NCBI GenBank assembly: GCA_951406725.2
Contig: OX597816.1
Span: 102,424,001 to 102,488,000 of the forward strand
DNA length: 64,000 nt
Origin: Octopus vulgaris
Taxonomy: Eukaryota
Reading direction: 5' to 3'
Numbering within the stretch: the stretch's first letter is position 1; each line of letters begins with the position of its first letter. Of this stretch, positions 41,581-55,857 are shown piece by piece. Position numbers and translations under genes: made by a program. The notes under the pieces are model-generated. The model was not told the DNA's origin. It did no database searches and saw only the letters and a program-made list of their open reading frames with translations.

Positions 41581-42146
41581 TATGTTTATATTTTTTGCAA
41601 AATATAGTTTTTAGGTAGTGGATTGTGGCCCTGTTTCAACATTGTGCTTCAGCACTGCATTTGTTGTGTACAGTAGTTTACAAGGATGCCATAACTTATT
41701 TTATCGATTCGTACTTATTATTTTTTCAAGTACCCATCAGGGTTAGTTTGGCAGAATTGTTAATTCGTAGGACAAAATACTTTGCAGGATTTATTCAAGA
41801 GCTTTGTTCTGGTTGCCCAGGCAACTGTGGCGAACTTGTCTGTATCTAACCGACAAGATAATACTCTGTAAAAACCGACAAATTGGTACCATGTAGAAAA
41901 TACTGGAAGGAAGGCAATAGACTTTTCCGTAACAAACCCATAGCGTTTGTCAAGGATATCACCAAGGGTCGTTTCAATCTGATGACAAAAACAAGAAAAA
42001 GTACATTTATTGATCTCGGAAAAATTAGCAAATGTGATAGGACACCACCAAATACCACAATGCGATTTGTCTAACAATCCACTGATTCTACCGTTTACTC
42101 GCTATACTCATATGGTATCATCTCTTGCCATTTTCATACTTTAGAG

Positions 42147-42272
42147 CAGCATTTCTCAACCGGGGTTCCGCACAAACTTCCTAGGGGCTTCCGCGAGAAA
42201 GAGTGAGATAAGCTAATGCTAATTTCGCGATCGTAATGTTAGTATACATGCACATTATATGTGCATATATAC

Positions 42273-42342
<70 letters not shown>

Positions 42343-42408
42343 TATATATATACATATATACATATATATACATATATAAATGCATTACACACGCACACAC
42401 GCACGCAC

Positions 42409-42480
<72 letters not shown>

Positions 42481-42606
42481 GTATGATATTTACTACGTGA
42501 ACTACGATGAGAAAGGTATGGTTTTTAATTTTTTTTTGTGCAGGGGTTCCTTGAGACATGTAATTTGTTTTAAGGGTTACGCAAGGCTAAAAAGTCTGAG
42601 AAACAG
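42147..42606. mobile_element. hAT/Charlie-like MITE with internal microsatellite expansion
   Basis: CAGCATTTCTCAAC ... CTGAGAAACAG ends, with similar 8-mers CTTTAGAG / TTCTAGAG outside. Confidence 0.5.
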
Positions 42607-42752
42607 TTCTAGAGATTATTAAAAACATTATTTATGTATTAATATTGGCTAAAAATTTTGGCACGAGGCCAGCAATTTCGGAGGTAGGAGTAAGTCGATG
42701 ACATTGACCTCAATGCTCAACTTTTACTTATTTTAATAAAGTTTACACACAT

Positions 42753-42848
<96 letters not shown>

Positions 42849-43399
42849 GGCGAGCTGGTAGAATAGTTCACACGAGGGCCAAAATGGTTAGCGGTATTTC
42901 GTCCGTCTTTACGTTCTGAGCTGAAATTCCAACTGTACCTTTCTTCCTTTCGGGGTCAATAAAATAACTACCATTTGAGCACTGCAGTTGATGTGATCGA
43001 CTTACTCCTTCCTAGAAATTGCTGGCCCTGTGCCAAAATTCGAAACCTACACCCCACCACCACATACTATATACTAACTTTGTCCGTTTATGGTGGGTTG
43101 CATGTTCTTTTTCTCTCTTTGAAAATCGAAGGGAAAGTGAATCAAAACACTGAGAACCACAGGTTTATAGTGCCTTTTGGGGATTTATCTCCTTTGCTGA
43201 TTGGTTTTTAAATTTTAAATATATCTCCCGCGCGATATGCTTAATTTACGAATTACTCTGATAGTCTCCAAGTTGACCGCACTTTATCAACTCACTATAT
43301 TACATACATAACCACGTTACCTATCTATCTATGTACTGTTATGAATTTTATACTTATAGTTTTATGTTTAATCTTATTTATACTCACTAATAACGAATA

Positions 43400-43825
43400 G
43401 GCACATCCTGGTAGAATAACTTAGAAGTTGGCTTCACAACCGCGAGGTGCTGAGTTCGATCCTACTTCATGGCATATTGGGCAAATGTAATTTTTTATGG
43501 CATCTGGTCGACCCATACCTTGTGAATGAAACTGGATAGAAAGAAGTTTATTTTACCTTAAGCACATTGCATTATCTCTAGAATTGTTTCTCCTGCCACT
43601 GCCCTGTTACTACAGGGTAGAAAACTCATATGGTGACATGATGCACCTACAGTATGTTAAAGGGTTTAGCATTCTCACATACTATATCATGTTGATTTTG
43701 TCTGAAAATTACGTTAAGAAAACACGTTTTAGTGGAAATACCCAGCTACTTACATGTTAATTCAAGAGTAGGTAATTCATTTGATCGAACAATTGAATCT
43801 TCATCGTTGAACGACAGAGATCCAT
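43400..43825 (+). mobile_element. Old SINE: family A-like head joined to tail X
   Basis: Same order of remnants as 23480-23810. Confidence 0.5.
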
Positions 43826-44154
43826 CATCAGCCAACAAAAATTATTTCAATTCAGGTAGTATACAAGAAGTAAGCGAGAGATTATTTTAAACCTGAAATC
43901 TAATTTTCACTAAATCCCCCGTTATGCATATCATGTGCCTCCGCAACATAGTTTTAAATTTTAATTATCAATGTGATTACTAATTAAGGATATAATTAAT
44001 CAGATTAAATAACAAAATTTCAAAAGGCTAAGTTGTAAATTTTTTTTTCTATACAACTAAACTTTACGTAGTCAACGAGACACGCTTGCTCGATCTGCTA
44101 CGAAAAATAGGCATCATATATATTCCTCAATGCGATGTACTATGGGTGAAGTTA

Positions 44155-44460
44155 AATTTGAACTCAGAAATGCCTGCCAGTAAGTATTTTATCCGGCGTG
44201 CTAAAGATTCTCTCAGCTTGCCACCTTAGTTTCGGCTCAAATATTGGTTTCAAATTTTGGCACAAGGCCAGCTATTTCGGGGGAGTGGGTAAGTCGATTA
44301 CATTGACCTCAGTGTTCAATTGGTACTTATTTTATTTACCCCGAAAGGATGAAAGGCAAAACCGACCTTAGCGGATTTTGAATCCAGAACGTAAAGGCGG
44401 ACGAAATGCTACTAAACATTTTATCCGGCGTGCTAACGATTTTGCTAGCTTGCTACCTTG
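44155..44460 (-). mobile_element. Two tandem SINE family C copies
   Basis: Full copy 44247-44459 plus head fragment 44155-44227; duplicated flank 44228-44246 / 44460-44478. Confidence 0.75.
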
Positions 44461-44518
44461 GTTTCGCCTTAAATATTGAGAAGTCGCTATATAAGTCTGT
44501 GTGTGTGTGTGTGTGTTA

Positions 44519-44580
44519 GAGAGAGAAATTGAGGGAGAGAGAGAAATTGAGGGAGAGAGAGAGAAATTGAGGGAGAGAGA
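44519..44580. repeat. 18-bp tandem repeat GAGAGAGAAATTGAGGGA x3
   Basis: Directly visible. Confidence 0.85.
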
Positions 44581-45030
44581 GATAAGGGGAGAGAGAAGGA
44601 AAGAGAAAAGGAGAGAGATAGTGAGCAGAGTAAGATAGAGGGAGGAAGAGAAGAAGAGAGGGAAAGTAATATATGGGGATAACAAAAGAGAAACATTTCT
44701 CCTTTGACAAATAGTCTTCATTTTCTTTTTCGGTTGAAGCATTAACTCCTCCCTCTTTCTACCTTCGTGATACAAAGGCTAAGTTTTTACATAACTGATT
44801 ATAAGATTGGGTGAACTGGCAGGGTCTTTGAAGCATTTGGATAGATTGCCTTGCCGTATTTGTTCTGCATCTCTGCGTCCTGAGTTCAAATCTTGCCGAG
44901 GTCAACTTCGCCATTCATTCTCCTTGGGTTGATAGCACTGATGCATGACCATGTTCCTTCATATATCCTGGATGTTAAATAAGAGAGGGTGGTGTCGAGT
45001 ATAACTATCTAAGACAACCACTTAAACATG

Positions 45031-45128
<98 letters not shown>

Positions 45129-46166
45129 GCATGTATGAATGTACGTATATATATTGATATTGATATATAAATAGTTAAACTGATAGGTAGACTGATTCTT
45201 CCATTAATGAACCGACAAGGAAAGGTGGTGTGAATGATAAAGAGCGAACGGAGAACAAGATGTTCTCAAGTCTGTTAAAAATGCCCTTTAATCAAAAGTG
45301 TCCTAGTCAATCCCTCAAGTAAATCTTATATGATGACAAGCAGACGACACAGAATCATGCACATGGTTAGTTCGAATGAGCTTTTTATTTGTCGAGAATG
45401 TCCAGCCTTGTAATCAAATGACTGAAGCAGACGATCGGTGTTTTTTTATAATATAATATCACGTAATATGTTGTCCGGGCGATATATGATCGACGGGAAG
45501 TGTGGTGTAGGATCTGCTCCACATGAATAAAGATGTCCATCGACTAGAAAATACGATAAGCGATATCTTGCACTAAAAGTGTGAAAGAAAGAAAAGGATG
45601 AGAGAAAGAGAGAGAAAGAGAAAGGGGGAGAGAGAGAAGCTGTGGATGAGAGAGAGGGGGACAGAGAGAAAGAGACTGTGAATGGAAGAGAGGTGGGTAG
45701 GTAGATATATAGAAGAAAACACTCAGTGACGCATAAACACACACAGATAAAGTCAGAAATACACGCAGAAACACACAATGGAGGCGTTTACGTATGTATC
45801 CTTATCAATCCACCTCGTCTTGAAGAAAGTAATGAAAGATAAAGGAAGAGAAAGGAAGAAGTGGTAGGTGGGCGCCAGCGGGAGGTAACAAAAGCTAGCT
45901 GCTGCTCACTTACGGTATTATGGCGTAGCAAAAAGGGCGTTAACGGAGGGATGGCTTTTGGTCTTGAATACAGTGTTCGCTGACAGCTGGGGCACACACA
46001 TAGACGCGCGCACACACGCACTCATACGCATACACACACACACACATGCACACACACAAACACACATTTAATAACAAATGCTTAAACATATACTTGCATG
46101 TATCTGTGTGTGTGTGTATCTGCCTGCCTATCTGTCTAGCTCTGCCTAATTACATATCTATCTATC

Positions 46167-46270
<104 letters not shown>

Positions 46271-46566
46271 GTCTGTCTCTCTGTCTGTCTGTCTCACTCT
46301 CTGTCTCTCTCTGTCTCTCTCTATCTCTCTCTATTTGTCTGTCTGCCTGTCTGTCAGTCTATCAATCTGTCTGTTTAGCTATCTATGTATATATGTCTGT
46401 CTGCCTATGCGTATGCACATATACACACAGAGAATACAAAAAAAAAAAAAGGATAAATAGAACAATGCAATGGTGGTGGCGATGGCAGAGGATGGTTGAT
46501 GTGATTGATGTATTATCCTGGTAGTTGTGGTGTTCATGATGATCACCATGGAACAACAGCAGTAGT

Positions 46567-47060
46567 GGAGGCGCAATGGCCCAGTGGTTAGGGGCAGCGG
46601 ACTTGCGGTCGTAAGAACGCGGTTTCGATTCCCAGACCGGGCATTGTGAGTGTTTATTGAGCAAAAACACCTCAGCTCCACGAGGCTCCTGCGGGGGCTG
46701 CTGGTGAACCCCGCTGTACTCTTTCACCACAACTTTCTCTCACACTTTCTTCCTACTTCTGCCACAAAGCAGAGGAACCATGGTGTAACCACTATGGTGT
46801 GGTAAACATTCAGACCCTAGTCTAGATTGCGAATCCTATGTACCCCCAGGTAAGTTCAGTTCTCCATCCGTTAAAAGCTACCGTTTACGGAATGAGGATA
46901 ACAACGTAGCTTTCGCGCCCGTGCAAGTGCAATCGCCAGTCTATCGCGTGTGGTGGGTGGATTTTCACATTGCCACACGCATTCTTAGTAGCTTAGAGTA
47001 GGCTCGAATTAGAGATTATTCTTTGTGGCTAATGGCGTGAGTCCTGATTGGAAGAAGAAG
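46567..47060 (+). mobile_element. SINE family D head followed by a different 3' region
   Basis: 46567-46760 matches reverse complement of 40430-40625; downstream part unrelated to tail X and ends GAAGAAGAAG; 3' boundary uncertain. Confidence 0.65.
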
Positions 47061-47400
47061 ACAACAGCAGTAATGACAATCGTATAGCAACTAGGAAGGA
47101 CACTAGTATCTGTGTATGTGTATGTGTTTGTGTGTTTCTAGTATGTGTCTGTTGCATGTGTGCTGTGTTGTGTCTGTGAGTGTGTGTATGCGTTCATTTA
47201 CATATATAAACGTTACAAAATGTATTGCTTTATTCATATGAATCCGATGTTTCACTCAGTAGTCACTCCGAGTTATTCCATGTATGTATGTATGTATGTA
47301 TGTATGTATGTATGTATGTATGTATGTATGTATGTATGTATGTATAGGTATGTATGTATGTATGTATGTATGTATGTATGTATATAAACAATGTATATAT

Positions 47401-48076
47401 ACTGTATCAATGTGGGAGAGAATTGGCTTTAGGCTGGAGTACCAAGCACTTGTACTGCTTACTCTACTGTACACATGCTAGACTTGGACGGTTTACGAAC
47501 GCCATGTCAAAAAGCTAAACCGCATCCACTTGAAATGCTTGAAAAAGCTCCTGAAAAGCACCTGGCAAGACAAGGTCCTATCTCGATCGGATCCGTCAAG
47601 TAATTGCACACTGCTGAGGAGAGTGCAAGTCAGGTGGGAAGATCACCTTTTTTGAATGTCTGACAGGCAACTCCCCAAGAGACTGTTTTATAGTGAACTG
47701 GCAGAAGGCAAGCATACGCATGGTGGACAGAAAAATTGCTTCGAAGATACGCTCAAAGTCTCACTGCAGAGCCTTGAGATTAACCCAGACACTTCGGAAA
47801 CACAAGTACAAGACCATTGAAAATGGTGAAGCTGCACCAACAGACGCGCCATTTCCTACAAACAGAATATGATTGCAGAAACACAAAGAAAATGTGAACT
47901 ACACAAGTCCAGCGCCAACTCCTTGCCTTCGATCTTAACAGACCATTAGTGTCCAACTTGTAACAGAGCCTTCTGAGCACACATCGGACTGATTGACCAT
48001 AGCTAAGCACACTGTGTCCCATCTTCTTCTCTCATGTGATATCCTTGCTCATAGTCGACAGCAATGGACGAAATAA
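47401..48076 (+). mobile_element. RTE (BovB-like) LINE 3' fragment
   Basis: YQALVLLTLLYTC*TWTVYERHVKKLN, TWQDKV, LPKRLFYSEL..GGQKNCFEDTLK, terminal CPTCNRAF zinc-finger remnant. Confidence 0.85.
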
Positions 48077-49321
48077 TTAAATGATAATTTATATATGTAT
48101 GTATATATGCATACATGTATATATACATGTATACATACGTACGTATGTATATATGTATGTCAGTATGTATGTATGCATGTGTGACTCGGAATTGACTCAT
48201 GTCAAAATGAATTAACGTCATGATGGTAATATTGCTTGTAACACGCACGCACCCACACACGCGCACACACACACAGACACACACAGACACACACACACAC
48301 TCCCACTCACACACACTCATAGATAGATAGATGGATAGACAGATACATACATACATACATACATACATACATAATACATACATACATACATACATGCATA
48401 AATACATACATACATACATACATATATACATACATACATGCATACATGCATACATACATGCATACATGCATACATAGTGAACTCCTCAAGTGATACTTTC
48501 CGATGAGATCCTATGCGGTGCGCGAATTGCAAAAGTAGTGTATCACAACAAAGATTTAGAAGAGAAATAATATGCATATCATATGAGGGTTAAGTAAACA
48601 TGGCGATGATGACAAACATTAACATGGCTTGTGACCGGTTACATCAAGTCATGTTTCGAAGGTTAAGCTTTTGCATTCTAAGAACAGGAAATGATTGCGA
48701 AATATCTAATGAGTAAAAGAGACTGTGGAGTCTTTACCGTCACAAAGATGCAAAAGAAAATATCGATTATGTCACATTTTTATGGAATCTACATCAAATG
48801 TAATCAACAGCTGTCCATGTATATCGCAAATATACGACCACTTATTGCGGCGTGATATTGTTAAAACAACATACGATGTCGCACATTAGAATGAAAAAAA
48901 AAAAAGAAAAACAAAAACAAACAAAGAAAAACACCTGCCTTGAGATAAGTATACGCAATGTCCTTATTATTGAACACTCACATTATGTATGTATGATCAA
49001 TTCGTATCAACTATACGAATATCGGCGGAACATTCCCTCCAAATCTATCTCCAACTGCCATTGTGAGACATGTGCTGCTGTTATTTGATTTCGAAAACAA
49101 GCTAATTCTGTACATGCGAAATTTTACTGCACACACTTAAATTCTTATCAATTTTATTCCAATCTATTTTCCTTCTTCCTGAAGAATCACACGTAGCGGA
49201 AAATTGAGAGTAGCGTCGAAGTGAGTAATAAGCTTCGAACAAAGAAATAAACACTTCTACGTGAAATACTTTTTTCACCAGTTTGTCCTTTTTTGTATAT
49301 GGTTATATATATTCTTTTATT

Positions 49322-49560
49322 ATTTTACTTGTTTCAGTCACTTGACTGCAGCCATGCTGGAGCACCACCTTACGGGCTTTTAGGCAACAAATCGACTTCA
49401 GTGCTTATTCTTAGTAAACCTAGCACTTATTTTATCGGTCACTTCCGCCGAATCACTAAGTTACGGGGAAGAAAATACATCAAGATCGGTTGTGAAGCGA
49501 TGGTGTGGGTGGGACAAAAGCAGACACAAATTCACAAATACACAGACAGACAGACAGTCA

Positions 49561-49594
<34 letters not shown>

Positions 49595-49748
49595 GGGCTT
49601 CTCTTAGTTTCCGTCTACCAAATCCACTCATAAGGCTTTGGTCGGCCCGAGGCTATAGTAGAAGACGCTTGCCCAAGGTGCCACGCTGTGGCACTGAACC
49701 CAGAACCATGTGGTTGGGAAGCAAGCTTCTTACCACACAGCCACGCCT
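49322..49748 (-). mobile_element. SINE family A
   Basis: Reverse complement collinear with 41160-41560. Confidence 0.85.
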
Positions 49749-49750
49749 AT

Positions 49751-49820
<70 letters not shown>

Positions 49821-49821
49821 G

Positions 49822-50160
49822 AAGGTGTATGGCTCAATGGTTAGAGTGTCGGGCTCCCAATCATGAGGTAGTGAGTTTGATTCCTGGACTGGGCTGTGCA
49901 TTGTGTTCTTGAGCAAGACACTTTATTTCACGTTTCTCCTGTACACTCAGCTGTAGAAAAGAGTTGCGACGTCACAGGTGCCAAGCTGTATCGGCCCCTT
50001 TGCCTTTCCCTTGGATAACATCGGTGGCGTAGTGAGGGGAAGCTGGTATGATTGGGCGACTGATGGTCTTCCATAAACAACCTTACCCGGACTTGTACCT
50101 CAGAGGGGAACTTTTTAGGTGCAATCCCAAGGTCATTCGTGACTAAAGCGAGCCTTTACC
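49822..50160 (+). mobile_element. SINE family B
   Basis: Collinear with 5042-5378. Confidence 0.85.
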
Positions 50161-50351
50161 TTTTTTTATTATATATACATACATTGATATTGGTTGTTTT
50201 CCTTCTTAGATATCTTATTAAGCTTGGATAATGTTACAATATTGATGTCTTGCTTTAGAGAGGTTTTGTGGCACACACGTCCACGCACAAACACATACAT
50301 ACACACATTCACACACACACTCACACACATATATAAATGTATGTGTGTATG

Positions 50352-50391
<40 letters not shown>

Positions 50392-50456
50392 CTACAACAC
50401 GCACACATACATACATCTATATATATATATATATATATTATATCTATGTATCTATG

Positions 50457-50534
<78 letters not shown>

Positions 50535-50598
50535 CATGTCTGCTTGTCTATCTCCTTCTCTGTCTGTCTGTCTCTGTCTGTCTGTCTGTCTGCCTGTC

Positions 50599-50674
<76 letters not shown>

Positions 50675-50698
50675 CGTTGTTTATTGCATCACTGAAAT

Positions 50699-50744
<46 letters not shown>

Positions 50745-50761
50745 AAGAGGAAAGAAGGAGG

Positions 50762-50890
50762 AGAAGAAGAAGAAGAAGAAGAAGAAGAAGAAGAAGAAGA
50801 AGAAGAAGAAGAAGAAGAAGAAGAAGAAGAAGAAGAAGAAGAAGAAGAAGAAGAAGAAGAAGAAGAAGAAGAAGAAGAAGAAGAAGAAGA
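50762..50890. repeat. (GAA)n microsatellite, about 43 units
   Basis: Directly visible. Confidence 0.97.
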
Positions 50891-51031
50891 TTAGGACTCA
50901 GCATTGGACTAGTACTTAATTTATCGATCATTAGAGAATGAATAGCGTAATGTTCCTCGACTACACAGTAAAGAGAGCCGAAATGGATATAACTCTGAAA
51001 CATAAAATGGTTTGCCAGAAACATACAGAAA

Positions 51032-51421
51032 GGCGGCGAGCTGGCAGAAACGTTAGCACGCCGGGTGAAATACTTAGCGGTATTTCTCTGCCGCTACGTT
51101 CTGAGTTCAAATTCCACCGAGGTCGACTTTGCCTTTCATCCTTTCGGGGTCGATTAAATAAGTACCAGTTACGCACTGGGGTCGATATAATCGACTTAAT
51201 CCGTTTGTCTGTCCTTGTTTGTCCTCTCTGTGTTTAGCCCCTTGTCAGTAGTAAAGAAATAGGTACTTCGTCTGCCGCTACGTTCTGAGTTCAAATTCCG
51301 CCGAGGTCGACTTTGCCTTTCATCCTATCAGGTTCGATAAATTAAGTACCAGTTACGTACTGGGGTCGATGTAATCGACTTAATCCCGTTGCCTGTCCTT
51401 ATTGTGGGCAATAAAGAAATA
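51032..51421 (+). mobile_element. Dimeric SINE family C with 17-bp TSD
   Basis: AGAAACATACAGAAAGG at 51017-51033 and 51422-51438. Confidence 0.88.
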
Positions 51422-51765
51422 AGAAACATACAGAAAGGATCACCCTAAATTGAAAGAGGATCACTCTTTATTATAAAATATATATCCGTTCCAAATGCAA
51501 ATAAATGCTTAATCACAACGCGTCTTCATGGAACGCTTTATTGTATCTAGTTAGGGCTCCAAACAATCATAATGACGAAACGTGCGTAGGGATTTTAATA
51601 TAAGCTTGTAGCGATCCTTATTTTTTTCCTTCATTTGTTGTGAAGCTCATAACTGGTATATTAGTTAATTAACAACTACACAGAAAGCACACTGGGTTAT
51701 GAAAACCAACGCATGCTGTAAACATAACTGTAGCCGTCGTATATCTACTTGGATACACAATTTCT

Positions 51766-52205
51766 TATTTCTTTGCTGCCCACAAGGGGCTACACACAGA
51801 GGAGACAAACAAGGATAGACAAACGAATTAAGTCGATTATATCGACGCCAGTGCGTAACTGGTACTTATTTAATCGACCCCGAAAGGATGAAAGGCAAAG
51901 TCGACATCGGCGGAATTTGAACTCAGAGCGTAAAGACGGACGGAATACCTCTATGCATTTCACCCGGAGTGCTAACGTTTCTTATTTCTTTATTGCCCAC
52001 AAGGAGCTAAACATAGAGGGGACAAACAAGGACAGACAAACAGATTAAGTCGATTACATCGACGCCAGTGCGGAACTGGTACTTTATTTTATCGAAAGGA
52101 TGAAAAGCAAAGTCAACCTTGGCGGAATTTGAACTCAGAACATAGCGCAGACGAAATGCCACTAAGCATTTCGTCTTGCTAACGACTCTGCCAGCTCGCT
52201 GCCTT
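51766..52205 (-). mobile_element. Dimeric SINE family C with 17-bp TSD
   Basis: TTGGATACACAATTTCT at 51749-51765 and 52206-52222. Confidence 0.88.
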
Positions 52206-52356
52206 TTGGATACACAATTTCTACTACATAAATGTGTGTGTGTGTGTGTATGTGTGCATGCGCGCGAGTATGTGTATTCATATAGGCGCCAACAAGTATC
52301 TTCTACTATGGCGCAGGTCAATAGAAGCTTTGTGAGTGGAATTGGTAGACTAAAAC

Positions 52357-52762
52357 TGTGGCTGTGTGGTAAGAAGCGTGCTTCCCAACCGCATGGTTCC
52401 AGGTTCAGTTCCACGGCGTGTCACCTTGGGCAAGTGTCTACTACTATAGCCTCAGACCGACTAGAGCCTTGTGAGTGCATTTGGAAGCTGGAAATTGAAA
52501 GAAGTCCGTCGGATATATGTATGTATGTAAGCATGTATGTGTGTATGTATGTTTGTGTGTGTGTGTCTGTGGTTATTCCCACCACCATCGCTTGACAACC
52601 GATGCTGGTGCGTTTACGCTCCCGTAACTTAGCAGTTCAGCAAAAGAGAACGACAGAATAAGTACCAGGCTTACTAAGAGCAAGTCCTGGGGTCGATTTG
52701 TTCGACTAAAACCCATTAGGGTAGTGCTCCAGCATGGCCGCAGACAAATGACTGAAACAAGA
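52357..52762 (+). mobile_element. SINE family A
   Basis: Collinear with 41170-41555. Confidence 0.85.
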
Positions 52763-52804
52763 GATCTCTCTCTCTCTCTCTCACTCTCCCCTCTCTTTCT
52801 CTTA

Positions 52805-52889
<85 letters not shown>

Positions 52890-52892
<3 letters not shown>

Positions 52893-53090
52893 GAAGGGGT
52901 GCTGCTAAGTTTCTGGCTTCGGGTAAAGAAAAATACAAACGTATCAGTTAATTATATCCTCTTCTCAAATTCACACACTTATTGCAGCGATCCTTCAATC
53001 TTTCTAAGCCCTGTAAAAGAACTCAAAAGGCCTCCGACCAGGCCTTTCACGATACCTTTAAAGCCAGCAAATTTTCTGCACTCCACCGTA
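52890..53090 (-). mobile_element. Mariner-derived MITE, second copy
   Basis: Reverse complement aligns with 11767-11987; TACG...CGTA ends. Confidence 0.75.
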
Positions 53091-53112
53091 TGTGTGTAGA
53101 TGTATATATGTA

Positions 53113-53155
<43 letters not shown>

Positions 53156-54671
53156 ATGTATGTTTGTATGTATGTATGTATGTATGTATGTATGTATGTC
53201 ATTATTCAGTTTATTTCAAGATTACTTGCCAATAGAGAAAGAACCGGTTTCTAACCTAGATCCAAGGCTCCTTCATTGGAATTTCAACATGAACAACGGA
53301 ATATTTTTGTATGTATGTATTTATGTATACGTACTAGCACACACACATACACACATACCACATACACACACGCACACATACATAGACAGTCAAACACATA
53401 AACACATACACACTTATAATCGTCTAAGAATCCGAAGATCAGAAAAAAGATGCACGCGTACATTTGTCAACAGAGTTTCTATATCAGCCATTTATGAAGA
53501 GTACTCAGTATTAACTAAGGTTACGTACGCACATACATACATTCATACATACGTATTTGTGCGTGCGCGTGTGTATGTGAGGGGGAACGAGATGAAGGAG
53601 TTTGCAATGCCATATTAGCTCATGGGACAAATTGCCCACAACCACTCGAAATACTTTCTCATCCAGAAGCGTATTCAACATTTTAAAGTTTAATAATAAT
53701 CAGACGAATTGCTCATTTTTCCATATTTATCGAAAGCTGTCAATCCGAGTGCACATGAACCTACGCCCTGTATCGATCTCTTTGAACAATATACGTAAGG
53801 TGTGTTAGTGGCGACACTCTTTATCGATTTCTGGAAGGTTAGTCACAGGTTGAAATGTGTGACGCTCTTTTCTCATCCGTTAATAATTCCTGTGGAGTAT
53901 ATTTGACAATGCCCCTATCAATTACTTTAAAATATTTACGACTTGTAAAGGACAACACTCGCTTCTGATCTGTTTGTGGATCTGTATGAGTTATTGAGAA
54001 ACTGACCGCATTTACCAAGACTTTAATGTGTTTATAAGAGGCAACACTTTTCTGTCTTGATAAGAATGTTGCTTTATTAACAACAATGCATAGCAATACT
54101 GATTTCAAATTTTGTTGCAAAGCTAGTAATTTTATGGGTTGGCATAAGTCAACTACACTGATCCCAGTGCTCAACTGGTACTTGTTTTTTCGGCCCGGAA
54201 ATGATGAAAGACGAAATTTCGGCAGGATTTGAATTAGAGCATAGACATTCAGAATAAATGCTAGTTTGCATTTTGTCCGAAATGCGAACAATTCTACCAA
54301 AATCGCCGTTCTACAATGCATAACAGCATTAAGTGAAAAGGGGAAGGGTGCAGGTATTGCTGTGTGGTTGCTAAGTTTGCTTTGAAACCACCTGGTTCCG
54401 AGTTCGATTCCAATGTGCGTCACTTTGGGCAATATCTTGTAAGTGGAGGTTGGTACGCTAAAATTGTGTGGAACATCGTGTATGTATGTATGTATGTATG
54501 TATGTATGTATGTATGTATGTATGTATGTATGTATGTATGTATGTATGTGTGTGTGTCTGTGTGTGTGTATGTATGTATGTATGCCTGCATGTATGTATG
54601 TATGGATGGATGGATGAATGGATTGATGGATGGAGGGATGGCTGGTTGGATGCATGCATGCAAGTATGTAT

Positions 54672-55449
54672 GTTTCCGCTCTACCGGTCATTCATTACAA
54701 TACCTGCCTGTGTTCAGATTGTCTTTGCACCGCGACCATCCGGACTCTCACCTTCGCCGTGAACTAGAATTAATCTTCTGTCTTTGCTCCACAAGGGCTC
54801 AACTCCCCTCCCTTCTTCATCTCACTCCGTTCCTCTCCTCTCTTCATCTGACACCTACTTCCTCTCTTCACTCAAACCCACCTTCTTCCTTCATTGATAC
54901 CCCTCCTTCCACACTCCACCTCCAACATCCCACTCCCTCATACCACACCCCTACACCCACATCCTCACTCCAAACCCACGTCCCACTCCTCTACACCACC
55001 ACACCACATCACATCACTCCGCACACACTAGCACTGACTACTTCCCAGCACCCACCCATCATCTACACACCCACACAGTACAGACGCACACACACGTGCA
55101 TACATCCACACGTCAAAATCACCAGCCCCTATCCACACGCACACACATATACACTCTCACACACACGCACGCGTACCTTTTTTTGGGGATCACTAATATT
55201 ATATTATCTTCCCCTCTTCCTAGCACTCCGATCTAACTACCTTTGTCCAGCCAGTCACCATGATTGACCGCTAACTTCAAAAGTTTTTTTTAATTCTCAT
55301 TCTGTTTATTTCCTCGTGTCCCTTTCTGTTGAAGACCACAGACTCGAAACGTAAAATACTTTCTCACCTTCCTGAGCGTCAAACTAATACACCTGATTGT
55401 TGTCTATACACCTGTCTTCGTCTTTTGTTTTTCTGTAAATTTCAACTAC
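54672..55449 (+). mobile_element. Penelope-like element 3' fragment (GIY-YIG C-terminus + UTR)
   Basis: FRSTGHSLQYLPVFRLSLHRDHPDSHLRRELELIFCL then frameshifted FAPQGLN, like Penelope endonuclease C-termini; hammerhead-like motif at 55322-55356. Confidence 0.7.
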
Positions 55450-55739
55450 ACACACACACACACACACGCTCACACATATATATATATATATATGTCTGTG
55501 TGAGCGTGCGTGTGTGTGTTTGTGCATTTGTGTCTGTGTTTGTCCTCCAATATCGTTTGACAACCAGTGTTGGCGTGTTTATATCCCCGTAAATTAGTGG
55601 TTCTGCAAAACTGAATATGAGTAAAACGTGTGAAAAATAAGTACTGGTATCGATTTATTCGACCAAAAATCTTTCTAGGCGCGATACCCCAGTATAGCCT
55701 CAGTCTAATGACTGAAACAAATAAACGGTAAAAAATAAA

Positions 55740-55857
<118 letters not shown>

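Noticed and set aside
41883-42074. 63-aa ORF in unique sequence
   Set aside because: Short, no motif, no splice support.
45907-45990. Minus-strand CAG...GTAAGT-bounded possible exon of about 73 nt
   Set aside because: Poor polypyrimidine tract and no recognisable peptide.
51555-51592. GACGAAACGTGCGTAGGGA, hammerhead-like 3' half
   Set aside because: No CUGANGA box upstream.
53839-54663. 274-aa minus-strand ORF
   Set aside because: Runs through microsatellite and decayed SINE A and C pieces.
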